From: Candidatus Woesebacteria bacterium | Lineage (GTDB): Bacteria; Patescibacteriota; Microgenomatia; UBA8517 | Direction: 5' to 3' | NCBI GenBank assembly: GCA_013374835.1 | Contig: CP055307.1 | Span: 343,315-407,314, forward strand | DNA: 64,000 nucleotides | Shown: piece by piece, positions 11,362 through 20,571 of the stretch | How positions within the stretch are numbered: the first letter of the stretch is position 1 | Layout of the letters: each line of letters begins with the position of its first letter | Notes under the pieces: model-generated | What the model was told of the DNA's origin: nothing | Seen by the model: only the letters and a program-made list of their open reading frames with translations | The model's database searches: none | Translations under genes and position numbers: made by a program

Positions 11362-12465
11362 TGCACAGGATCAGATACATATTCGACATTGAGTAAGCAT
11401 GGCAAGATCCACTGGGGTAAGCATGAAATCTGAGTTTGTAATGGGTAAAATCAAGAATTCCAAGGAGGTGATGAACTTGATTTCCCATCTGAGAAGATTT
11501 GATCAAAGTGAGGTGGCCCAGGAAAGACTAAGAATAATTAAGTATTATGCCAAACATGGAGAGGTTGCCACAAAAGAGGCCTTTGGAGTAGATCGCAAGC
11601 TTATCTTCACCTGGAAGAAAAGAGTACTAGAGAGAAAGAGTATCCAGGGGTTAGTTCCAGACTCCACAGCTCCAAGGGGGGTAAGAAGGTCAGTAGTGGA
11701 TCCTAAAATTGTTGATTATATTAAATCCCAAAGAGAGTTTGTCCCCAGAATGAGCAAGAAGAAGCTTAAACCCTTACTTGATGCATACTGCAGAGAAAAT
11801 AATCTCCTAACAGTATCAGAGGCTACCATTGGGAGGATTATCTCAAGAAACAATCTATTTTATTACAAAACAGGCAGAGTATACCACAATCCAGCCTCTA
11901 AATGGGCTCAAAACAAGACTAAGAGCAAGAAGAACAGAATTAAATATGCACCCAAACCAGAAACTCTGGGATACATCCAAGCTGATACTGTGGAGAAAAT
12001 CATTGATGGCATTAGGTGGTATATGTACCAGGCAATTGATGTGAAGGGAAAGTCTGCCCTTTCCCTGACCTACAAACACTTAAATTCAGTTAACACTGTG
12101 GACTTCTTCAAGAAATTCCAAACACTTATTCCCTACAAAATCCACACAGTCCAGACTGACAATGGTAAAGAGTTTCTCAAACAATTCAGGGTTTACCTAG
12201 AAAAACAAAACATCAAACACATTTTTATATACCCCAGAATGTCCAAGATCCAGGGGGTGGTAGAGCGCTTCAACAGGACCATCCAGGAAGATTTTATTGA
12301 CCCCAACCTCCACCTTATCTACAACCAGAAAGCTTACAACAACGTCTTGCAAAGTACCTGATATACTACAACTGCCAGAGAGTACATGAATCCCTAGGTA
12401 ATATGACACCAACAGACTATCTCATCCAGGAAGGAGGTATGTCGAATATGTTACGATCCTGTACA
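11362..12465 (+). mobile_element. IS481-like insertion sequence, 1104 bp
   Basis: Imperfect terminal IRs TGCACAGGATCAGATACATATTCGACAT / ATGTCGAATATGTTACGATCCTGTACA; 5-bp TSD TATTT on both sides. Confidence 0.9.
11423..12465 (+). pseudogene. DDE (rve) transposase with C-terminal frameshift
   Basis: QADT..QTDNGKEF..VERFNRTIQE; ORF stops at 12361 while conserved YYNCQRVHESLGNMTP continues in another frame. Confidence 0.85.
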
Positions 12466-12870
12466 TATTTTTGATTTTATCCAAATTTACCGGTAAGCTG
12501 TAAGAATCAGCATTCGGGATTATGTCTACAGTGTATGGTTTATATTCAGCAAATTCTGTTGAAATTGCGGATTTTATAGAAATTGGTTGTTCTGTATTAA
12601 TTGGCGTGGGTGTTTGTTGTTCACTTTTATTGAGATAGAAAAAAGATGCAAGGATAATAACAACAATGGCACTAAAAATAATAGAAATAATCCAAATCTT
12701 TTTCTTGGATTTTACCTCCGGCATAATTGGCGGCGTTTGAGGATTCTCTGGTAAAGATTGATCTGGCGCCGGTTGATTAAAATTTTGATTGTCCATATTT
12801 TTATTTTTTTATCGCGGCTAAATACATCAGCCGATAAAAGTTAATTATATTTAAATTTTTACGACCTTAC

Positions 12871-13124
12871 TTATATTTTACCTTCCCCGACAACTTTTGC
12901 AATCATTTTTATTAAGTATTCTATTGAGACATCTAATGCTTTGGCAATTTTCGCCATAGTTTGAACGCTTGGCCTATTAACTATGCCACTTTCGACCTTC
13001 ATAAATGTTGTATATTTTATATTGTATATTTTATATCCGTTTTATTAGCCAAATCGTCTTGGGTTAAGCCGAGCTTCGCCCGCAATTTCTTAATGTTTTC
13101 GCTGATAGTTTTACCACTTGTCAT
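12871..13124 (-). pseudogene. Xre-family HTH regulator frameshifted by a 14-bp tandem duplication
   Basis: MTSGKTISENIKKLRAKLGLTQDDLA...KVESG..NRPSVQTMAKIAKALDVSIEYL; TGTATATTTTATAT x2 at 13009-13036. Confidence 0.8.
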
Positions 13125-13432
13125 ATAAAAATAAAGTTTTTGGTAATATTATGGTATATAAGGTTATTATTTGTATTTTTATACTACCAAATAAAATGAT
13201 TTTTAGTAACCAATTTTAGGGAGTTCTTTGTTGTCGTCTGTGCACGGGAAGGTTGGGGTAAGGGCGACTATAAAAAATGTTTAGATTGGTCGGCAAGGAG
13301 CGATAAAGATTGAACTTCTGAAACCTGTGTATGATGCACTCCTTACTCATTGGAATTATAAAGCATTGGATCAAAAAATGCTCGCTTTATTCCTCCAAAA
13401 TCAGGCTCAAATAAGGTATAATCAGATCAGGT

Positions 13433-13654
13433 ATGAATACTAAATTACCTTCAAAATCAGGAATTATTTTTGGCACAGAGGATCCAAGTCGCATTAAAAG
13501 GCGTGAGGTAACAGGTGTGTTTGTGCCTATTGGTAGCACACAAGTTAAAGCTAATCCTGTTATGGAATTAGTAGATGCTATGAAAAAAGTAAAAACTGAT
13601 ACACCAGAGGCAAAGTTAAATAAAGACAGTATGAGTGACAATAAATGGAGGTAG
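13433..13654 (+). CDS. Hypothetical protein
   Basis: 73-aa ATG ORF with TATAAT just upstream. Confidence 0.4.
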   Translation: MNTKLPSKSGIIFGTEDPSRIKRREVTGVFVPIGSTQVKANPVMELVDAMKKVKTDTPEAKLNKDSMSDNKWR

Positions 13655-13717
13655 GATTACATTCAACGGGGACTTAACAGGCTCAAAAGTAATTAGAGGT
13701 GTTGAGGAAAGAAGTCA

Positions 13718-14109
13718 ATGGATACACAGATTACCAACACTAGACTCAAGTTCAAAAAGTGGCCAGAGCTTAGGAGTAAATACATCTATGAGTGGGCAAG
13801 CCTACTTGACCTCTCAAAAGAATATGATGGCCTAATCTCATATAATGCTATTGCAGATAGGTGTAGGGCTGAGGAGTGGGTAAAACAGCGTGAGGAGCAT
13901 TGGGCACAAGTTGGGCAAGACTATGGTGCTTTAATTACTGCAAAAAAGATTGAGGCACAAAAGATGATGATTGAGGGTGCGAATATGCTATTAGAAAAGG
14001 GTAACGAGGCACTAAAAGACACTTTGAGGAGCTTGAAAGTAAAGATGAAGTTATGAGTTTGAAAGAAGCAAGGGATTTGATGTGGACAGGCTTCAAGATG
14101 ATTTCCTAA
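13718..14109 (+). pseudogene. Phage terminase-small-subunit-like HTH protein, probably frameshifted
   Basis: WPELRSKYI...SLLDLSKEY...ISYNAIADRCRAEEW resembles N-terminal HTH of phage TerS-like proteins; helical reading appears to continue in another frame after ~14015. Confidence 0.35.
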
Positions 14110-14298
14110 TTTATGGACAAGGTTGATAAAGACCCTCAATACAACTCTGGTGTAACTGATGCTGACAAATATGAAACCATGCGTTGGATGAAGGCATATT
14201 TTGGGCTATATCATTCATTAACAGACGAGGAAAAGAAGCTAATTGGCGATGACACTTATCCTATGTTAGAAATGCAAGCAAGTTGATATAATTAGCAT

Positions 14299-15024
14299 AT
14301 GTCAGATTTTGAGACTTTTCCTGTTGAACCAAGACCAATTAGACCTGGACATAAAAGTGAATTCCAGATTTTTAGGAATTCTGAGCCTGTAGTTAATGAG
14401 GGAAATATTGCAAGTGTGTATGAACAGCCACAAAAGATACTACCCCAGAGACTTGAACCAACAGCATTTCAAGTAGAAGCCGGCATTGCCTCTCAAGCTC
14501 TGAATGACGATATGGATTTGCGAGGCGGGATGAGTATATTTTTCTCAAGAGAGAAAGGGAAATCCCCAAATACAGCACAAAGTAGGACTTACTATGTAGT
14601 GGATGCAGGATTAGCTCACTTACCAGGCTTATATGAGATGATGTTAGGTTACAACATTGACCCTGCAATGGTGATAACTGAGACCCCCAAGCATACAAGA
14701 TTTCAGGAGACTTTGAAGTATTGGTCTACTTCTGTAGCAAGAAGTAGAAGCAAAATGGAAGATGATAAGGTTGATGGTTTTGCTACATTAGTTGATTGTC
14801 ATAGAGAAAAGCCTGTTGATAGAGAGTTAATCCCAACTGCTGACTCATTAAGATCGTTAGGAGTAACTAGAGTTGTTTACTTATCTGAGTCACCAGTTGG
14901 AGAGTATTCAGCTAATGTGTATCCAAAAGATATTGAGAAGCCAATGACTGAATTCAAAGAAGCTGGCTTTGCTGTTGAAAGTTTTGGAATAGATAGAAAA
15001 CAAGGATTTAGGAAACAAAAATAA
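14299..15024 (+). CDS. Hypothetical protein (island cargo)
   Basis: 241-aa ORF, TATAAT 6 nt before ATG. Confidence 0.7.
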   Translation: MSDFETFPVEPRPIRPGHKSEFQIFRNSEPVVNEGNIASVYEQPQKILPQRLEPTAFQVEAGIASQALNDDMDLRGGMSIFFSREKGKSPNTAQSRTYYVVDAGLAHLPGLYEMMLGYNIDPAMVITETPKHTRFQETLKYWSTSVARSRSKMEDDKVDGFATLVDCHREKPVDRELIPTADSLRSLGVTRVVYLSESPVGEYSANVYPKDIEKPMTEFKEAGFAVESFGIDRKQGFRKQK

Positions 15025-15037
15025 ATTCTAAAATTGG

Positions 15038-15110
15038 TTGATACAGCTAACCAGTTGAAATAGAATTAAACTAAAATCGCCCCTTGGCTGTATCAAGTGG
15101 GCGATTTTTA
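15038..15110. promoter_or_regulatory. Sigma70 promoter plus leader hairpin and 13-bp inverted repeat upstream of recombinase
   Basis: TTGATA-17-TAGAAT; hairpin AAAATCGCCC...GGGCGATTTT(T); IR TTGATACAGCTAA / TTGGCTGTATCAA. Confidence 0.6.
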
Positions 15111-15115
15111 TTGAT

Positions 15116-16678
15116 ATGGAATACGAAGAAGAACTTGACTATGCAAAGCTAAGATATGTCTTGTATGCCCGCAAGTCCAGCATAGATGAGGCACGACAAG
15201 TTAAGTCTATTCCTGATCAAATTGACGAGTGTTTGAAGTTGGCTGAGAGACTGCACCTGAACATTGTTAAACCCTATCTCACCGAGTCAAAATCAGCCAA
15301 ACTCCCTAATAATCGTCCTGTCTTTAGAGCCATGCTTAGTGATATTCAGGCGGGTAAATATGATGGTATTTTGGCATGGAACCCGGATAGATTAGCTCGC
15401 AACATGCTTGAGGGTGGTCACATCATTAATATGATTGATGAGGGAGTTATCAAAGACCTCAAGTTTGCTACACATCACTTCACTAAGGATGCTAATGGCA
15501 AAATGCTTCTGGGTATTGCCTTTGTGTTATCTAAGCAATACTCAGATAAACTCTCTCAAGATGTTAAAAGAGGCGTGGAGAGTAATTTAGCCAAGGGTAA
15601 GTCACCCACTCCCAAGTATGGATATGTCAATGAGAGTGGCCTGTATTATCCTGATGAGAATAATCATCAGTTAATATGTGATGCTTGGCGGATGAGAAAA
15701 GAGGGGGAGCCAATTAAATCCATAAGCAACCACCTAAATGAACATGGCTTTTACAAAGAGATTAAATCATCTGGTAAAAAGACCTATATGACGCCACAGA
15801 AGCTCAGTGATATGTTCAAGGATAGCTTTTACTATGGAAAGCTCATACAAGCCAATCAGATGGTTGATTTGAGGGAGATGTATGAGTTTATACCAGCAAC
15901 CACAGAAGAAGATTTTATGGCTATCCAAGAGCTATCTTATAGGCGTATAAAGCCCCCAAAGCCCCACAGAGCGGTCTTTTACCCGCTCAAGCTCATGGTG
16001 CATTGTTCGTTTTGTAATCAATCTATGAGGGTCGCACCCTCTACCAGTCAGACTAAGAAGAAGCGATATTTGTATTTTAGGTGTGACACAAAGGGATGCG
16101 ATAGGAAAAAGAAGTCCATTAGATCAAAGGTGATATTTGATTTCATAATTGATTTTTTGCAAGATGGCCTTGGCTTTACTGAAAAAGAATACCAGCAATA
16201 CCTTGATGGCATGAAATACCTCTCTGATGATCACAAGGTCAAAATTAGAGGTGAGTTGAATACTAAACGAGGGTTAGTTAAAAGAAGAAAGCAGGAAATT
16301 AAGGAATTATCTTTGAATATAGCTAAACTTGATCCTGTAATTCCAGCATATAAAACTATTCTTAACCAAATCTCAGGTAAGATCGCAGAGTTGGAAGTAG
16401 AGATAGAGGGGCTTGAAGCTGATGTTGCAAAACTTGAAGAACAGTTGAAGAAGTCAGAAGATGAAGTGGCCTCATTAGAGGATTTTGCGAACTTGTCAAA
16501 AAATGCCGCGTCCATCGTCCAATCTGCCGATGCGGTGGGAAAAGATATGATTTGCAAGTTAATCTTTGCGAACTTTACTGTTGATGAGCAAAAAGTGGCG
16601 TCATATCGGCTCAAAGAGCCATTTGATATCCTTATGAAACAGCGTAAATTCCTATTTAGTCGGGGTACCAGGAATTGA
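15116..16678 (+). CDS. Large serine recombinase (resolvase + recombinase + Zn-ribbon + coiled coil)
   Basis: YARKSS, ESKSAK..RPVF, DRLARN, CSFC...C..KGC; 3' end overlaps tRNA-Pro. Confidence 0.93.
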   Translation: MEYEEELDYAKLRYVLYARKSSIDEARQVKSIPDQIDECLKLAERLHLNIVKPYLTESKSAKLPNNRPVFRAMLSDIQAGKYDGILAWNPDRLARNMLEGGHIINMIDEGVIKDLKFATHHFTKDANGKMLLGIAFVLSKQYSDKLSQDVKRGVESNLAKGKSPTPKYGYVNESGLYYPDENNHQLICDAWRMRKEGEPIKSISNHLNEHGFYKEIKSSGKKTYMTPQKLSDMFKDSFYYGKLIQANQMVDLREMYEFIPATTEEDFMAIQELSYRRIKPPKPHRAVFYPLKLMVHCSFCNQSMRVAPSTSQTKKKRYLYFRCDTKGCDRKKKSIRSKVIFDFIIDFLQDGLGFTEKEYQQYLDGMKYLSDDHKVKIRGELNTKRGLVKRRKQEIKELSLNIAKLDPVIPAYKTILNQISGKIAELEVEIEGLEADVAKLEEQLKKSEDEVASLEDFANLSKNAASIVQSADAVGKDMICKLIFANFTVDEQKVASYRLKEPFDILMKQRKFLFSRGTRN

Positions 16679-16730
16679 ACCTGGACCGGACGCACCCCAT
16701 GCGCCCATTCTACCTTTAAACTATACCCCG
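16660..16730 (-). tRNA. tRNA-Pro(GGG), no encoded CCA
   Basis: CGGGGTA..TACCCCG acceptor, GGCGC-ATGGGGT-GCGTC anticodon arm, GGTTCAATTCC T-arm. Confidence 0.93.
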
Positions 16731-16752
16731 TTGATATTGATATTTTATCAGA

Positions 16753-17334
16753 TTAATTTTTTAATTTAACCGCTCCTTTTCGAATGAGTCTTATCTTGTC
16801 TCCTACTACTTTAACTACAGTTGACGGTTCGCCATTTAGTGGCCCTTCGTTTATATAGAAATCCACATTGTTTCCAAAATAGTTTTCTGCTTCTTCCACG
16901 GTTGTTGCAGGTTTTTTTCCTTCGGGGTTTGCTGAGGTAGATATTAAAGGACCTGTTTTTTCCAGAAGTTTTCTTAAATCCGGTTTATCCGGGATTCTAA
17001 TGGCTAGGCTTTTCGTTCCTTTGTGAAGGTATTTGAAAAGGTTTTCTTTGGCAGGCAAGATTACGCTTATTTTTCCCGGCCAAACTTTATTTAAAAATTT
17101 TTTAATTTTGGGTGAGGTGCTAATTTTAAAGATTGCAAGATCAAGAGGAGACGAAATAAGGATAACGAAAGGTTTTTGGTTGTCTCTTTTTTTGATTTTG
17201 TATATTTTTTCAATTGCTTCTGGGATAAAGACGCTTGCATGAATTCCGTAGATTGTATCTGTCGGAAGAATACCTATTTTTCCTTCTCTTAAGAGTTTTA
17301 CGATTTTTTGGTTATCCAAGCTTTTTGAGTCCAT
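16753..17334 (-). CDS. tsaC: Threonylcarbamoyl-AMP synthase (TsaC/Sua5 YrdC domain)
   Basis: PTDTIYG, KKRDNQKP, WPG, STSANPEG, IRKGA. Confidence 0.92.
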   Translation of the reverse strand: MDSKSLDNQKIVKLLREGKIGILPTDTIYGIHASVFIPEAIEKIYKIKKRDNQKPFVILISSPLDLAIFKISTSPKIKKFLNKVWPGKISVILPAKENLFKYLHKGTKSLAIRIPDKPDLRKLLEKTGPLISTSANPEGKKPATTVEEAENYFGNNVDFYINEGPLNGEPSTVVKVVGDKIRLIRKGAVKLKN

Positions 17335-17379
17335 TTGATGCTTGTATTATCCTTTAGTATGTGCTAAAAGTAAAGCCAA

Positions 17380-18465
17380 ATGCCAAGGGGTAAGGATAAA
17401 AAAGAGGAAAAAGTGAAATCGGATTCTTCTTTAGGATCTTCTCAGAAACTTGCCGCTATAAAACTTGCTATGGAGCAGATCGAGAAGCAATATGGACGAG
17501 GATCAATTATGAGGCTTGGAGAGCGCGCGAGACAGCTTAAGGATGTTGATACGATTCCAACGGGGTCTATTGCTCTTGATTTGGCTCTTGGAGTAGGTGG
17601 GCTTCCAAGAGGCAGAATAGTTGAAATTTACGGGCCTGAGGCTTCGGGGAAGACTACTCTGGCTTTGCATGTTGTTGCCGAGGCTCAGAAACGGGGTGGA
17701 CAGTGTGCTTTTGTAGATGCGGAGCATGCGTTAGATCCTACAAGGGCTGAGATAATAGGGGTTAATCTTGACGATTTGCTTCTAAGCCAGCCGGATACAG
17801 GAGAGCAGGCTCTTGAAATAACTGAGACTTTAGTTAGATCCGGAGCTCTCGATGTGGTTATTGTAGATTCTGTTGCTGCTTTGGTGCCTAGGGCTGAGCT
17901 TGAAGGTGAGATGGGAGATGCAGTGATCGGGCTTCAGGCAAGGCTTATGAGCCAGGCACTAAGAAAGCTTACAGGCGCAATTAATAAGAGTAAGACGATT
18001 CTTATTTTTACAAATCAGATCAGACAAAAGATAGGTGTGATGTTTGGGAATCCCGAGACGACGCCTGGTGGCCTTGCATTAAAATTTTATTCATCGATCA
18101 GGCTTGATATCAGAAGGATTGAGACTCTTAAGGAAGGAGATCAGGTTTTTGGTTCGAGGCACAGAGTTAGAGTTGTTAAAAATAAGGTTGCTCCCCCGCT
18201 TCGCGTTGCCGAGTTTGACATTATGAATGATGAGGGTATTTCAAAGCTGGGTGGAATTTTGGATGTTGGAGTGGAAATGGGGATTGTTGAAAAAAAGGGA
18301 TCATTTTATTCTTATAACGGAGAAACTTTCGCCCAGGGAAAGGAAGCGGCAAAGGAATACTTGAAGGCAAATAAAAAGATTTGTGATGAGATAGAAAGAA
18401 AAATTAGAGAGGTTCTTGTTTCTGGTAAGGATTTGCCCAAAGAACTAGGTGATGAAAAAGATTGA
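17380..18465 (+). CDS. recA: Recombinase A
   Basis: [33 protein letters not shown]. Confidence 0.99.
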   Translation: MPRGKDKKEEKVKSDSSLGSSQKLAAIKLAMEQIEKQYGRGSIMRLGERARQLKDVDTIPTGSIALDLALGVGGLPRGRIVEIYGPEASGKTTLALHVVAEAQKRGGQCAFVDAEHALDPTRAEIIGVNLDDLLLSQPDTGEQALEITETLVRSGALDVVIVDSVAALVPRAELEGEMGDAVIGLQARLMSQALRKLTGAINKSKTILIFTNQIRQKIGVMFGNPETTPGGLALKFYSSIRLDIRRIETLKEGDQVFGSRHRVRVVKNKVAPPLRVAEFDIMNDEGISKLGGILDVGVEMGIVEKKGSFYSYNGETFAQGKEAAKEYLKANKKICDEIERKIREVLVSGKDLPKELGDEKD

Positions 18466-18907
18466 TAATCAACTTGATGTTCTTTGGGAAAAGTGTGTGA
18501 AATTTGCTACTTTAAGGCCGCGGAGTGAAAAAGAGCTTGATTATTGGTTTGAGAAGAAAAATGTCGAAAAGGTTTCGGCTCAAAGTTTAAAACAGAAACT
18601 ACGTGATTTTGGACTTTTGGATGATCGGGAGTTTTGTGAATGGTGGATAACGCAGAGAATGGAGTTTCGTCCACGATCCAGAAGGGCGCTTATCCATGAG
18701 CTTTCTCAAAAAGGTATTAAAAGAGAGCTGGTTGAAGAAGTTTTGAAAACGTTAGGTTTTGATGAAGTTAGTTTGGCAAAAAGAATTATAGAAAAGAATT
18801 TTTATCGTTGGGAAAGGCTTAGTGAACGTGACAGAAAGAGAAAAATAGGAGAATTTTTGAACAGACAGGGGTATTCTTGGGAGGTAATTAAGAAGGTAAG
18901 CGGTTGA
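18449..18907 (+). CDS. recX: Regulatory protein RecX
   Basis: [29 protein letters not shown]; follows recA. Confidence 0.85.
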   Translation: MMKKIDNQLDVLWEKCVKFATLRPRSEKELDYWFEKKNVEKVSAQSLKQKLRDFGLLDDREFCEWWITQRMEFRPRSRRALIHELSQKGIKRELVEEVLKTLGFDEVSLAKRIIEKNFYRWERLSERDRKRKIGEFLNRQGYSWEVIKKVSG

Positions 18908-19025
18908 AAAACATGTTTTTAGAGAGTAAAATTGTAAACGAAGGAAAGATTATGGGGGAATATTTTAGATTTAAGTCTCCATCATTTTTGCAGACCGGAA
19001 ACTAAGAAAATACGGTTTTTCCTTC
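18904..19025 (+). promoter_or_regulatory. rny promoter and structured 5' leader
   Basis: TTGAAA-17-TAAAAT (18904-18932); three complementary stems in 18940-19025. Confidence 0.5.
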
Positions 19026-19048
19026 ATTTGGTTTTTATATAATAAATT

Positions 19049-20227
19049 ATGGTTAAAAGTGAAAAAAAATTAAAAGAAGAGCTTATTAAAAAACTTGAAG
19101 ATGTGTCCCACATGAGTCGTGAGGAGGCAAAGAAGCAGCTTTTGGCAGAAGTCCAAGATGAACTTACTTCTGAGATTGCAAAAAGAATAAGAAATGCTGA
19201 AGACAGAATAAAACAAGAGGCAAACGAAAAAGCTCGAGAGATACTTGTGGATGCAATGAAACACGGCGCTACCGACTATGTGGCTGAGTATACGCTTTCG
19301 TCTGTGACTTTGCCTAATGAGGAAGCTAAGGGAAGAATAATCGGCAAAGAAGGCAGGAATATTAGAGCTTTTGAGAGGGCAAGCGGAGTTGAAATAGATC
19401 TTGATGAGGGCAATGAAATAAGGCTTTCAAGCTTTGATCCTATTAGGCGCGAGATTGCAAGGCGGGCATTGGAGATCTTGATTAAAGATACGAGAATACA
19501 GCCATCGAGAATTGAAGAGGTGGTTGAGCGGGTAAGGTCTGGGATGGATGATGTACTTCTTGAAGAAGGGAAGAAGATAGTAGAAGCTGTTGGGGAATAC
19601 GGTCTTCCTACTGATTTAATTAGACTTATCGGAAAATTCAGATTTAGGACTTCTTATGGGCAGAATTTGGCTATTCATACTATAGAAGAAACAAAGATAG
19701 GTATGGCAATTGCTCGTGAACTTGATGCAGATGTTGAAGTAGTCAGACTTGGAGGGCTTCTTCACGATATTGGTAAGGTGGTTACGGATAATGAAGGGAA
19801 TCATATACAAAAGGGTGTTGAGATTGCAAAGAGATTTGGTATGCCCAAAAAAGTTGTTTCTATTATTGCCGAGCATCATGAAGATAGACCTTTTTCTTCT
19901 ATTGAATCGGTGATAGTTTGGATAGCCGATGCGATTTCGGGTTCAAGGCCTGGTGCCCGCTATGAGCCTCATGAAGACTATGTGAAACGCATGAAGGCTA
20001 TAGAGGAGATAGCTTCGCGATTTGAGGGGGTAGTTGAGGCTGTTGCGTTTCAGGCGGGCAGGGACGTGCGGGTAATTGTTAATCCAGAGGAAGTTGATGA
20101 CGATAAGCTGACTATACTTGCGAGAGATATTGCAAAGAGCCTTGAGAAAGAGGCTAATTATGCAGGACAGATAAAAGTGACTGTTTTGAGAGAAACAAAA
20201 GCTTCTGAGACAACAAGCGCGAAATAG
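19049..20227 (+). CDS. rny: Ribonuclease Y (no N-terminal TM anchor)
   Basis: KH domain KGRIIGKEGRNIR, RTSYGQN, LLHDIGK, ADAISGSRPGAR. Confidence 0.95.
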   Translation: MVKSEKKLKEELIKKLEDVSHMSREEAKKQLLAEVQDELTSEIAKRIRNAEDRIKQEANEKAREILVDAMKHGATDYVAEYTLSSVTLPNEEAKGRIIGKEGRNIRAFERASGVEIDLDEGNEIRLSSFDPIRREIARRALEILIKDTRIQPSRIEEVVERVRSGMDDVLLEEGKKIVEAVGEYGLPTDLIRLIGKFRFRTSYGQNLAIHTIEETKIGMAIARELDADVEVVRLGGLLHDIGKVVTDNEGNHIQKGVEIAKRFGMPKKVVSIIAEHHEDRPFSSIESVIVWIADAISGSRPGARYEPHEDYVKRMKAIEEIASRFEGVVEAVAFQAGRDVRVIVNPEEVDDDKLTILARDIAKSLEKEANYAGQIKVTVLRETKASETTSAK

Positions 20228-20267
20228 CTTGACAATTTGGGTTAATTGGTTTATGATTTTTTAGAAT

Positions 20268-20543
20268 ATGACAAAGAGACAGCTTATAGATCAGGTTGCC
20301 AGAAAGGCACATTTGTCGAAAAGGGCTGCTTCAGAAGCTGTAGATGTATTTCTTGACGAAGTCGGTAGGATTCTTGCAAAAGGTGAAAAGGTTGTTCTTT
20401 CGGGATTTGGGACGTTTAAAGTTAAAAGAATGGTGGGAAAAACAGTAAAGATCCCTAATACTGAGAAGTTTGTAACGGTTAAATCTCATAGACTTCCAAG
20501 ATTTACTCCAGGTAAAGCTCTCAAAAGAAAAGTAGCACGATAA
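20268..20543 (+). CDS. hup: HU family DNA-binding protein
   Basis: VVLSGFGTF, PRFTPGKALK; TTGACA-17-TATGAT promoter. Confidence 0.9.
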   Translation: MTKRQLIDQVARKAHLSKRAASEAVDVFLDEVGRILAKGEKVVLSGFGTFKVKRMVGKTVKIPNTEKFVTVKSHRLPRFTPGKALKRKVAR

Positions 20544-20571
20544 AACTTCTTTAGATGCTATAATTTTTTAG

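Larger units (their letters stand above)
9372..12796 (-). pseudogene. DUF3160 domain membrane-anchored protein interrupted by IS
   Basis: EDYSQYVPRGHYT, SWTELRHDTILYAKQS, RLTDEKW motifs; 5' part 12466-12796 rejoins in frame (..NLDKIKNMKKFSL..) when the IS and one TSD are removed. Confidence 0.88.
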
